Source: a virus
IMG/VR virus record: IMGVR_UViG_2744054425_000001
Coordinates: 1-51,725 of that record
DNA: 51,725 bases
Direction: 5' to 3' (one strand)
The number at the start of each line of letters is the position of its first letter. Positions within the stretch are counted from its first letter, which is position 1. Shown here in pieces: positions 16,352 to 24,776 of this stretch. The notes below the pieces were generated by a model. That model was not told where the DNA came from. It did no database searches and saw only the letters and a list, made by a program, of their open reading frames with translations. A program made the translations under genes and the position numbers.

Positions 16352-16403
16352 AAAACACTAACAACGGGGGCGGGCAACCGTCCCCAATTAAAGATTTGAA
16401 ACC

Positions 16404-16529
16404 ATGAAAGCAATAATAATACTACTATTGGCCACCATTATTTCCGAGTATTACGAAGCAATTAAGGAAGAAACCGACCAACAACCCACATTTGACGGGT
16501 TTTATAGATGGTTGGTAATAAAAGATTAA
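16404..16529 (+). CDS. Very small hydrophobic protein (41 aa)
   Basis: Hand translation gives MKAIIILLLATIISEYYEAIKEETDQQPTFDGFYRWLVIKD. It is preceded by hairpin H3 and a TTTGAAACC leader. Confidence 0.3.
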   Translation: MKAIIILLLATIISEYYEAIKEETDQQPTFDGFYRWLVIKD

Positions 16530-16609
16530 TTTTACAGTACTTCAAAGTTTTGAAAAGTCCACAGGAAAACCCCGTGGCGCATTGTTCCAATTAAAATTAC
16601 AACCAAACA

Positions 16610-17068
16610 ATGGTTTATATTGGAATAGACCCAGGCGTGGAAACCGGCGTGGGATACAGATTACCCAAAAACGCAAACGTAGGCGTTAAAACTCTAAAAA
16701 TTCATAATGCAATGGCGTTGGTCAATTACCTGGTAAGGGAAAACGACCGCGTGCATGTGCGTATTGAGGACGCCCGCAAACGTAAATGGTTCGGCGGCAA
16801 AGGTAAGAACGACCAAAAGCAGATCGACGCCAAAAAACAGGGCGCCGGATCAGTTAAACGGGATTGTTCAATATGGGAAGCGTATTTGGACGATCTGCAA
16901 AAAGAACACCCGCAAAAACTCACATTTGAAATGTTGCACCCAGTTAAGGACGGGACAAAGTACACAAGCCGTCTATTTGTGTCAATTACGGGCATACAGG
17001 GCCGCACATCAAGCCACGCACGCGACGCATATATGTTAATACACGAATACACCTATAAATCTATTTAA
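16610..17068 (+). CDS. RuvC-like Holliday junction resolvase
   Basis: MVYIGIDPGVETG carries the first catalytic Asp and SSHARDAYMLIHEY the C-terminal catalytic Asp. Confidence 0.7.
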   Translation: MVYIGIDPGVETGVGYRLPKNANVGVKTLKIHNAMALVNYLVRENDRVHVRIEDARKRKWFGGKGKNDQKQIDAKKQGAGSVKRDCSIWEAYLDDLQKEHPQKLTFEMLHPVKDGTKYTSRLFVSITGIQGRTSSHARDAYMLIHEYTYKSI

Positions 17069-17362
17069 ATGGCGGGGGGTATAATCAAATTACGTTTGGT
17101 ACGATCAATTATTTTAAATGACGTGCACAGATTGGAACAGGGGAAACCGCCTATAAAGTCCATTCATAGATTGGCCCTATTGATCGACACCAGGTACGGC
17201 GACGAGTACGAATACGAGCGTATAAAAGATGTAATGTATAAAGCACAAAAAACAGGCTATCAACAGCACGAAAAGGTCGAATGGATGGAAGGTTTAATAA
17301 ATAAGATTTGCGCGGTGTTGGACACAAAGCGCGAAGATCTTGTACAAGACATAGAGCAATGA
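17069..17362 (+). CDS. Hypothetical protein (97 aa)
   Basis: Track ORF that starts directly after the resolvase stop codon. Confidence 0.55.
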   Translation: MAGGIIKLRLVRSIILNDVHRLEQGKPPIKSIHRLALLIDTRYGDEYEYERIKDVMYKAQKTGYQQHEKVEWMEGLINKICAVLDTKREDLVQDIEQ

Positions 17363-17538
17363 AGGCGACGACAAAACAATTAAGGTACTGTAAACGATCC
17401 CGCGACACCCCGCCGTATGTTGCGCACGCCGATTTTTTTACACATTACACATTTTTTAACGGTGTCACACGTGGTGTCACACCTAATAATAAAAATAGTG
17501 TGACAGAAGCAATAAAAACCCCATTAAATAAGGTGTGA
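17359..17538 (+). CDS. Doubtful ORF (59 aa) overlapping the candidate cos/terminase-binding region
   Basis: ATGA overlap with the upstream gene. Its 3' half is occupied by four GTGTCAC repeats, which argues for a non-coding role. Confidence 0.25.
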   Translation: MKATTKQLRYCKRSRDTPPYVAHADFFTHYTFFNGVTRGVTPNNKNSVTEAIKTPLNKV

Positions 17539-17541
17539 CAA
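17461..17541. promoter_or_regulatory. Four copies of GGTGTCACA(C), two direct and two inverted, immediately upstream of TerS
   Basis: ggtgtcacac at 17461..17470 and 17473..17482. The inverted form gtgtgaca lies within 17498..17507 and 17532..17541. Confidence 0.75.
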
Positions 17542-17542
17542 T

Positions 17543-18214
17543 ATGTTTTTAAAGCCAAAAGAATTTGCAATGTCCGTTGGGGTGTCTTATGCCACTTTGC
17601 GTAAACACATAAGCCGGGAAAAGGTTTTAAAATCCGGTGACTATATCGACACCGAAAACGCGCACAACAAAATTTACATTTCGGAACAAACCAACGGCAA
17701 AGGGATTGACCTGGCAAAAGTGGGAAAAATGGAAACGGCCGCGCCAAAACCAAAAGCAAAGCCAAAACCAAAGGCCAAAGCCACCGAACCGCCGCCAAAA
17801 GCAAAAGTGGCCCAGGAACCGGAACCACCACCGCCGGCAACGGAAAACCAGGTGGACACCGTAACCAGGCGCAAACGGTTGGCAGACGTTCAAAAGGTTG
17901 AAAAGGAAATTGAATTAAAAAATTTGCAGATTTCCAAATTAATGGGGGAGTTAATGCCTATTGAAATGGTGCAAAAAATATTAACGATCAATATACAAAG
18001 CGTGTTCCGGGAATTGGAAAGCGCGTCCGAAAATATCGCGTCCGTGTATTGTGAAATTTTAGGAGGGGACCGGGACCACTTGGCGCGCATGGTGGAAGAA
18101 ATGCGGCAAGCGTTGCAGGATAGCATTAAAAATGCCAAAGACAAATCAAAAGAGGAAATACAATCCGTAATTAAAGATTATTCCGCGACCAGGAGCCGCG
18201 GCCAACGTAAATAA
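17543..18214 (+). CDS. terS: Putative terminase small subunit (N-terminal HTH, Pro/Lys/Ala linker, coiled coil)
   Basis: PKEFAMSVGVSYATLRKHISREKV is an HTH. A low-complexity stretch follows: APKPKAKPKPKAKATEPPPKAKVAQEPEPPPPA. It lies upstream of terL. Confidence 0.5.
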   Translation: MFLKPKEFAMSVGVSYATLRKHISREKVLKSGDYIDTENAHNKIYISEQTNGKGIDLAKVGKMETAAPKPKAKPKPKAKATEPPPKAKVAQEPEPPPPATENQVDTVTRRKRLADVQKVEKEIELKNLQISKLMGELMPIEMVQKILTINIQSVFRELESASENIASVYCEILGGDRDHLARMVEEMRQALQDSIKNAKDKSKEEIQSVIKDYSATRSRGQRK

Positions 18215-18221
18215 TAAATCC

Positions 18222-18611
18222 ATGAAGAAAAAAGGCAAAAAATTAATTTTCATTAGTAAGATTTCCAACGACGGTTTGGCGTTGTCCCTGGTGACAAAAG
18301 ACCATGCAAAAGAAATTAAAAACGACATTTTTAAATTAACACCATTGTCGTTATCGGAACAAACATTTATTGCAAAAGATTTTCATTCATTCGTGGTAAA
18401 AATAAAGCCTTCCAAGGATAAGAAAAAACCAAAGCGGCCAAAATTCCCAAATTATGAACGGCGCGAAATATCCATGTTTTTATTTTTCCCAATAAAAGTA
18501 AAGGGTAAATGGCATTGGTTCAAAGACGCCATTTTAAAACAACGCCGATTGGGCGTTGGTGGATTATTAACCAAATGGGAAACATATAAAATTATTGATC
18601 TAATTGAATAA
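18222..18611 (+). CDS. Hypothetical protein (129 aa)
   Basis: Track ORF located between TerS and TerL. Confidence 0.5.
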   Translation: MKKKGKKLIFISKISNDGLALSLVTKDHAKEIKNDIFKLTPLSLSEQTFIAKDFHSFVVKIKPSKDKKKPKRPKFPNYERREISMFLFFPIKVKGKWHWFKDAILKQRRLGVGGLLTKWETYKIIDLIE

Positions 18612-18614
18612 CCC

Positions 18615-18890
18615 ATGAAAAAAGTAATTGTATTAGGCAGCGTTTCAATAGGAAAGGCCGCCGCCGAAAAATTGCACGCGCAAGGAATAGAAATTGTTGA
18701 GGTTTGCAAAGGACTTTCCCAAGCTGCCAAAGCCGTTAAGGATTTTAATGTGGCGTGTTCGGAAATGGTAGAAATGGCAAAAAATATTCCGGACCCGTTC
18801 GTGCCCGAACCATTGTTGATCCAGGGCCGCAAATTTGTGGACCCGGAACCACCCCGCCATTTTAACCACAAATCCAAATACCATAAATAA
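18615..18890 (+). CDS. Hypothetical protein (91 aa)
   Basis: Track ORF that ends 5 nt before the TerL ATG. Confidence 0.5.
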   Translation: MKKVIVLGSVSIGKAAAEKLHAQGIEIVEVCKGLSQAAKAVKDFNVACSEMVEMAKNIPDPFVPEPLLIQGRKFVDPEPPRHFNHKSKYHK

Positions 18891-18894
18891 CCCC

Positions 18895-20940
18895 ATGCAA
18901 ACGTCCAACGACATAATGTTGTCCAAGTATTTGGACATACACGAAAAAATTTACGACTTTAAAACGGTCAAAATTTTACCGTCCGTATGGACAGAAGAAA
19001 ACGTGCGGTTGGGTTCGGACATATCCAGGTACACCGGCCCGTTTAGGTATGACAAATCCCCGTACACCCGCGAGATTATAAACAATTTGTCACCCACGGA
19101 CCCAACGGAAACCACGGCCGTTATTAAGTGCGCACAAAGCGGATTGACCCAGGGCGTAATAATTCCCGGTATTTGCTACATAATAAGCGAAAACCCCGGC
19201 CCCATTCTGTTTATGGCAGGGGACAAAGAATTGGCGCGTAATAGCGTGCGCACGCGTTTAGATCCGGTTATTGAAAGTAGCGGCATTGGCCATTTGATCC
19301 GGCCAAACGTTATACGTAAAAAAAACCAACGTACAGGGGACACGGATTTTTCCAAAGAATTTGCCGGCGGCCAATTAATTGTGGAGGGCACAAAGAACGC
19401 GGACAAAATGCGGCAATTTTCCGTCCGGTACATTTTCGCGGACGATTGGGAAGCCGCCCCCAGGGACGACAAAAAAGAAGGATCCGTGCGTAAATTGGTG
19501 GAAGGCCGTTCCACATCCTTTGGCAACATGCGTAAATTGTTTTATATCAGTACCCCGGCAGTAAAACAAACATCCAATATCGAACCGGTTTACGAAATGG
19601 GCGACCAACGCAAATGGCATTGGAAATGTCCCCATTGTAAAAAGTACATCCCAATGGAATGGCGGGTAAAAAAGGAGGACGGAACGTACGCCGGCATAAA
19701 ATATGAATTGGACCAAAACGGATTGTTAAACGAAAAGTCCGTCCATTATGAGTGTCAATATTGTGGGGGTAAAATTTTGGAACGTGACAAATTTAATTTG
19801 AATTTGGCAGGAAAATGGATTGCCACCGCCAAACCCGTACGCCCAAACATTAGGAGTTACTATTTAAACGCGTTGATCATTCCGCCGGGGTTTACGTCGT
19901 GGGTGGACCTGGTGTACGAATGGATCGAAGCCAACCCCAAAGACGGGGTGGTGGACATTGGAAAGTTAAAAACTTTTTTAAATATCCGGTTGGGCCAAAC
20001 ATGGACAGAGCACGGCGAAACCCCCCGCGTTAATGAGTTAATGAAAAATATATGTAGTTATAACCCCGGAACCGTTCCGGATATAACGGCCGCGGAACAC
20101 GGAAACGGCGACATTATTATGTTGACATTGGCATGCGATTTAAACGGGATCATGGAAAAAAACAACCAGGACGTGCGTTTAGATTGGGAATTGGTGGCCC
20201 ATACCACCACCGGCGCGTGGTATAGCGTGGACCATGGCAGCATAGGAACGTTTAAACGGGAACGGGACAAAACCAAGTTTGAACGCGAAACCGACGGCGA
20301 CCGGGAAAAATGGACGTACAACCACGGCCACAAAAACAGCGTTTGGCCGGTGTTCGAAGAACTAATGCGGAAAAAATGGCCGTGCGAAACCCCGGACCGC
20401 CACATGGAAGTTATGTTAACCACCGTGGATACCGGGTATTTTACCAGGTTGGCCAACCAATTTATTGAAAAATTCGACGACCTAATTATTTTAGGGATCA
20501 AAGGAGCCGTGGAAACAGATTACCGCCGCGTGCAAAAGGACACCGCGCCCGTGCGGCAATCCAGGGAAAACAAAGGATTGTATATTTTGGAGGTGAACCA
20601 AATAAAGGACGAATTAAGCAGTTATATAAAATTGGTCGAAGGTTCGGACGGGTACCAACCCCCCGGTTTTATGAATTTTCCACAGCCCCAGGACGGCAAA
20701 TACAACATGGTGTCGTATTTCCAACATTACGAAGGGGAACGCCGCGTGGAAGAAACCAAAGACGGTGTGGTGGTCGGTTTCAAATGGGAAAAGAAAAACA
20801 GCCAATCGTTAAACCACTTTTGGGATGTTCGCGTGTACAACATTGCGGCCCGGTACATTTATTTGGACCTAATAGCAAGGTCCGAAAAGAACATAAACAA
20901 ATTGTCGTGGGCGGAATTGGTGGCCATGATAAGTAATTAA
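18895..20940 (+). CDS. terL: Terminase large subunit, lambda GpA family
   Basis: WTEENVRLGSDISRYTGPFRYDKSPYTREI and VIKCAQSGLTQG match the GpA N-terminal ATPase pattern. A CPHCKKY...CQYCGG zinc-finger-like element is present. The protein is 681 aa. Confidence 0.8.
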   Translation: MQTSNDIMLSKYLDIHEKIYDFKTVKILPSVWTEENVRLGSDISRYTGPFRYDKSPYTREIINNLSPTDPTETTAVIKCAQSGLTQGVIIPGICYIISENPGPILFMAGDKELARNSVRTRLDPVIESSGIGHLIRPNVIRKKNQRTGDTDFSKEFAGGQLIVEGTKNADKMRQFSVRYIFADDWEAAPRDDKKEGSVRKLVEGRSTSFGNMRKLFYISTPAVKQTSNIEPVYEMGDQRKWHWKCPHCKKYIPMEWRVKKEDGTYAGIKYELDQNGLLNEKSVHYECQYCGGKILERDKFNLNLAGKWIATAKPVRPNIRSYYLNALIIPPGFTSWVDLVYEWIEANPKDGVVDIGKLKTFLNIRLGQTWTEHGETPRVNELMKNICSYNPGTVPDITAAEHGNGDIIMLTLACDLNGIMEKNNQDVRLDWELVAHTTTGAWYSVDHGSIGTFKRERDKTKFERETDGDREKWTYNHGHKNSVWPVFEELMRKKWPCETPDRHMEVMLTTVDTGYFTRLANQFIEKFDDLIILGIKGAVETDYRRVQKDTAPVRQSRENKGLYILEVNQIKDELSSYIKLVEGSDGYQPPGFMNFPQPQDGKYNMVSYFQHYEGERRVEETKDGVVVGFKWEKKNSQSLNHFWDVRVYNIAARYIYLDLIARSEKNINKLSWAELVAMISN

Positions 20941-20951
20941 AAAACAAAAAA

Positions 20952-21293
20952 ATGTCAAAAAAAGCGGAATTAATAAAAAAAGACGTTGTACTAATAATTT
21001 TTAAGGACGATAAAATTAAAATCAGACATTTTAACGAATGTCGTTTTTTTAGAGGAACACACAGTATAATTATAGACAATTGGACTTATTATTGCAAAAA
21101 CGAAAGTTATTACGCTGCATTAAACTATTGTTTTATTATAGATAAAAACAAAAAGAAACAAGCGTTAGACGAAACATTTAATTTGCGCAAAAATAAATTC
21201 GAATCAGATTTATTAGTACTAAAAAAAAATATCGAAAGCATTAACCAAAAAATTGAATTGGAAAATAAATTAAAACATAATTTGTTTTTGTAA
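20952..21293 (+). CDS. AT-rich moron gene (113 aa), unknown function
   Basis: GC content is visibly far lower than its neighbours (about 20-25% by hand count of two lines). It is followed by a terminator. The protein is rich in K/N/I/F. Confidence 0.6.
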   Translation: MSKKAELIKKDVVLIIFKDDKIKIRHFNECRFFRGTHSIIIDNWTYYCKNESYYAALNYCFIIDKNKKKQALDETFNLRKNKFESDLLVLKKNIESINQKIELENKLKHNLFL

Positions 21294-21330
21294 GGCACAA
21301 AACAAACCCAAACCCCCCAGGATCAACAAG

Positions 21331-21392
21331 CCACCCAACCGGGTGGTTTTTTTGTACTTCAAATTTTTGGAGTTTACAATACTTAGTTTTGG
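21331..21392 (+). promoter_or_regulatory. DR-A copy 1: 62-bp terminator plus putative late promoter, identical to 39071..39132
   Basis: Hairpin CCACCC-AACC-GGGTGG plus a T7 run, followed by TTG...TAGTTTTG, which matches the TAnnTTTG -7 consensus. All 62 bases are identical between the two copies. Confidence 0.75.
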
Positions 21393-21433
21393 CCTAACGA
21401 TTTACATAAACACATCATAAAAATGAAAAATTA

Positions 21434-22750
21434 ATGATCAATTGGGGACTATTGCGCGAGGTTGTAGGCGCAACGCCATGGTGCGTGGATTTCCACACAT
21501 TGCCGGCGTTGCTTAGTGTTATGGATAACATCCAAAACGGCGTACAATTTACCGTGGCGGACAACGGCGAAAAGTACAACACCCCATTATTAATGCGGGT
21601 GGGTAACGATACCCGCATAATAAACAGGCCATACGGCAACGGTTGGGAACCCGGACAGCTAGAGAACAACGAAAAATTTAAAGCCGTTGGTATTATCAAC
21701 ATAAACGGACCCATTACCACGTCCGGCGGCGCGTCAAGTAGGGGAATGGACCACGTTTCCAGCATAATGCGAAAAATGGCCGCGGACGAACGCGTGGTGT
21801 CTTTTATAGTGTTGGCAGATTCCGGCGGGGGCGCATCCGCAGCCGTGGAAATTATGACCAATACCATTAACCAGGTCAAAGAAACAAAACCCGTGTATGG
21901 CCTGGTAAAAAAAGGAGGTATGGCGGCATCCGCCATGTACGGCATTTTGTCCGCGTGCAATGAAATTTACGCGGAAGATGAAATGGCCATTGTGGGATCG
22001 TGCGGAACCATGATCCAATTTAATGGCCGCGAAGCCAACACCACGGATCCGGACGGCGTAAAGCACATCAGAATGTATGCCACAAAATCCACCATGAAAA
22101 ACAAGGGTTTTGAAGATGCTTTAAATAAGGACAATTACACGGTTATTTTAAACGAATTGTTGAACCCTATTAACGAACGGTTTTTGGATCATTTATTGGC
22201 CAACCGGCCACAATTAAAGGGTACGGATTTTGACAACGGCAACACCAAGTTTGCCAAAGATTCCGTGGGAACATACGTTGACGGTATAAAATCGTTTTCG
22301 GAAGTGTTCCAAATGGCCGCAAAAGCGGGTAAGGATAAACCAGGATTTAAGGCCGGAGGGCCAACATCAAATAATAATTTAATAAAAGGTAACATGGACA
22401 TTAACGAATTAAAACAAAACCATCCGGCCACGTACAACAGCATTTTTAACGCGGGCGTATCGGCCGAGCGTGACCGCGCAGGATCTTGGTTGGCACATGC
22501 CAACACGGATATGGAAACCGTTATTAACGGAATTAAAAGTGGCAACGAAATTTCCGCCACCGTACGGGAAGAATTGTTGGTAAAAGCCAACGCCAACGCA
22601 CAATTGGGAAAATTGGAAAGCGACAGCGCGGGAGCCATTGCCACCAAGGAAGAAAAAACAAAAGTTGATCAATTGGACAACGACGACGAAGTGGAAGCAT
22701 TTTACAAAGATGTGGACAGTAAGTTGGGGTTGAACGCAAAAACAGTTTAA
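21434..22750 (+). CDS. S49 (SppA/ClpP-like) prohead protease, lambda gpC-like
   Basis: SGGGASAAVEIMTNTI and KKGGMAASAMYGILSACNEIYAEDEMAIVGSCGTM match the S49 serine-protease core. Confidence 0.75.
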   Translation: MINWGLLREVVGATPWCVDFHTLPALLSVMDNIQNGVQFTVADNGEKYNTPLLMRVGNDTRIINRPYGNGWEPGQLENNEKFKAVGIININGPITTSGGASSRGMDHVSSIMRKMAADERVVSFIVLADSGGGASAAVEIMTNTINQVKETKPVYGLVKKGGMAASAMYGILSACNEIYAEDEMAIVGSCGTMIQFNGREANTTDPDGVKHIRMYATKSTMKNKGFEDALNKDNYTVILNELLNPINERFLDHLLANRPQLKGTDFDNGNTKFAKDSVGTYVDGIKSFSEVFQMAAKAGKDKPGFKAGGPTSNNNLIKGNMDINELKQNHPATYNSIFNAGVSAERDRAGSWLAHANTDMETVINGIKSGNEISATVREELLVKANANAQLGKLESDSAGAIATKEEKTKVDQLDNDDEVEAFYKDVDSKLGLNAKTV

Positions 22751-22753
22751 GCC

Positions 22754-23197
22754 ATGGGAGTAGAGCAAACAGGCGCAACGCGCAACCAAAGTAATTTAAA
22801 GATTTCGCACAAACATATTTTTTTGTTCGACAATAAATATGCGGAATCCATTTTTAACAACAACACCGGCGACACGTACACGTTAAAACCCGGTTTGGTT
22901 GTAATTAGAAACACGGCCGCCACCACAAAGGTAATTCCGGCGGTATCGGGGGCAACATTGATTAACATTGTTGGGGTGGTAAGCACAAACGACGACATTG
23001 AAATGTCCGACGGATCGGACGCAAACATTACCATTTGCGACGGTGGGGTAATTAACAAAGATTTGTTGATACTGCCATCCGGCGTAACATTGGACACCTT
23101 AATTGCCACGCACGGCATTACGGTTGGGGACAAATTGCGGTCCCTAGGTTTCGACCTAGAAGGCGCGGTGGAAAACACAAAATTTGATAACGAATAA
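22754..23197 (+). CDS. Putative head decoration protein (lambda gpD-like position)
   Basis: 147 aa, located between the protease and the E-type capsid gene. Assignment rests mainly on synteny. Confidence 0.45.
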   Translation: MGVEQTGATRNQSNLKISHKHIFLFDNKYAESIFNNNTGDTYTLKPGLVVIRNTAATTKVIPAVSGATLINIVGVVSTNDDIEMSDGSDANITICDGGVINKDLLILPSGVTLDTLIATHGITVGDKLRSLGFDLEGAVENTKFDNE

Positions 23198-23202
23198 TAG
23201 CC

Positions 23203-24276
23203 ATGATAACATTAAATCAGCACAAAGCGCATTTAACAAAAAGGATCATTGCCAGCTTTTCAGACGATAGCGCGCCAAAACTTGGTTTGTCGTCCTGGTT
23301 TCCTTCATTGACCACATCCGCAAAAATGGTAAGTATCGAGGTAGAGCGCAACCGCCAATTGGTAGCGTCCCAGGTACAAAGGAACACCGGCGGAAACATT
23401 AACACGTTCAGCAATAGCAACGAAAAAATGTACACCCCGCCGTATTACGAGGAAATTTTTGATTTCACCGCGGCGCAGTCTTATGACGTAACTTTTGGTG
23501 CGGGCAACAACCCCAACAAAAACCAGGTTATGGATATGATAGGGGAAACGTCCAGGAGGTTAAAGACCCTAAAGGAAAAAATACAACGCGCCATAGAGTT
23601 GCAACGCGCCCAGGCATTGCAAACGGGTATTGTAATAATGAAGAACGGCGACCATATCGACTTTAAAAGAAAGGCCGCATCCATTGTGGCCAAGACAGGG
23701 ACCGCCGTTTGGGCTAACGCCGCCGGTAAACCTTTGGACGATGTGGCCGCGGCCATAAAATTTATCCGTCAAGAGGGTAAAAGCGCGTTAAGGCAATTCG
23801 ATCTTATTTTGGGCGAAGCTGCATTTTCGGATTTTATGAACAATGCCCAGGTAAAGGCCACCGCAGAATTTAGGCGCATTTCCATTTTGGAAATTGGCAC
23901 CACCCGTTTTGATAATACCACCGGGTTAAATTTCCACGGGCAGTTTTCCACCAAAAACGGATTGGTGAACATTTGGACGTACGACGATTTTTACGAAAAC
24001 GCCAACGGTACGTTTTCGGAATACATAGAAACCAAAAACGCATTGGTTTTGCCACGCGATTTTGTGGGCCGTTCATCATTTGCCGGCGTTCCTGCCATTA
24101 AAAGGGATAAGAGCAACGCGGAATATCCGGAGTTTATCCAACAAATGGAAGCGGAATTTTACATTAACAACTATGTGGACCCAAGAAAAAAGGCCCATTG
24201 GTTCGAAATTTGTTCCGCCCCATTGGCGTTGCCGGTCAGCGTTGACAGGGTAGTGACAATAAAAACAGCGGAATAA
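23203..24276 (+). CDS. Major capsid protein, lambda gpE family
   Basis: 357 aa with gpE-like synteny and a strong terminator directly downstream. The N-terminal region SWFPSLTTSAKMVSIEVERNRQLVA resembles the Phage_cap_E family. Confidence 0.7.
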   Translation: MITLNQHKAHLTKRIIASFSDDSAPKLGLSSWFPSLTTSAKMVSIEVERNRQLVASQVQRNTGGNINTFSNSNEKMYTPPYYEEIFDFTAAQSYDVTFGAGNNPNKNQVMDMIGETSRRLKTLKEKIQRAIELQRAQALQTGIVIMKNGDHIDFKRKAASIVAKTGTAVWANAAGKPLDDVAAAIKFIRQEGKSALRQFDLILGEAAFSDFMNNAQVKATAEFRRISILEIGTTRFDNTTGLNFHGQFSTKNGLVNIWTYDDFYENANGTFSEYIETKNALVLPRDFVGRSSFAGVPAIKRDKSNAEYPEFIQQMEAEFYINNYVDPRKKAHWFEICSAPLALPVSVDRVVTIKTAE

Positions 24277-24298
24277 GGCCGCAATTATAAAAATCAAA

Positions 24299-24325
24299 GC
24301 CACCCATTACGGTGGGTGGCTTTTT
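24299..24325 (+). terminator. Rho-independent terminator after the capsid gene
   Basis: GCCACCCA (24299..24306) pairs with TGGGTGGC (24313..24320), followed by TTTTT. Confidence 0.85.
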
Positions 24326-24330
24326 AAAAC

Positions 24331-24403
24331 CGTGGGGTAGGGCAGTTGGTAGCCCGCCAGGCTCATAACCTAGAGGTCGCCGGTTCGAATCCGGCCCCCG
24401 CAA
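24331..24403 (+). tRNA. Phage-encoded tRNA-Met (anticodon CAT), no encoded CCA
   Basis: Hand-folded cloverleaf. Acceptor CGTGGGG/CCCCGCA has a C1-A72 mismatch. D-stem GGGC/GCCC. Anticodon arm CCAGG-CTCATAA-CCTAG has one mismatch. Variable loop AGGTC. T-arm GCCGG-TTCGAAT-CCGGC. Confidence 0.85.
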
Positions 24404-24430
24404 CAAATATTAATCACAAATAATTTTATT

Positions 24431-24766
24431 ATGGCAAAGTTTAAAATTTTAGTTATCGCACATTTATTGGCCAACAACGAAGTGGCCAACCACGGGGAAA
24501 TTGTGGACGGATCCAAATTAGTGGGCAACCCGGACGACCTGGTTAAAAAAGGTTTTGTGGAATTGGTAAAGGGATCCGATAAGGAGGACGACAAAGGGGA
24601 AACCGTAAAATTGGACAGGTTGACCAAAGAAAAATTGGTGGAATATGCCGCCGAAAACTTACAATTAACGTTGACCGTAGAGGGCAACACCAAAGCGGAG
24701 TTGATCAAAGCAATTGAGGACGCGCAAAAAGCCAAGGACCAGGAAACCGAAGGCGGAAACGAATAA
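24431..24766 (+). CDS. Hypothetical protein (111 aa), acidic, with a SAP/HeH-like C-terminal helix pair
   Basis: Track ORF containing LTKEKLVEYAAENLQL...TKAELIKAIEDAQKA. Confidence 0.55.
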   Translation: MAKFKILVIAHLLANNEVANHGEIVDGSKLVGNPDDLVKKGFVELVKGSDKEDDKGETVKLDRLTKEKLVEYAAENLQLTLTVEGNTKAELIKAIEDAQKAKDQETEGGNE

Positions 24767-24776
24767 AAGGTAAAGC

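Noticed and set aside
17445-17893. Several overlapping alternative-frame ORFs (17445..17840 minus, 17627..17893 minus, 17637..17864 plus, 17674..17874 minus) over the TerS linker
   Set aside because: These are artefacts of the Pro/Lys/Ala-rich repetitive coding region (CCAAAACCAAAAGC...), which is open in many frames. The TerS frame has the HTH and a coherent C-terminal domain.
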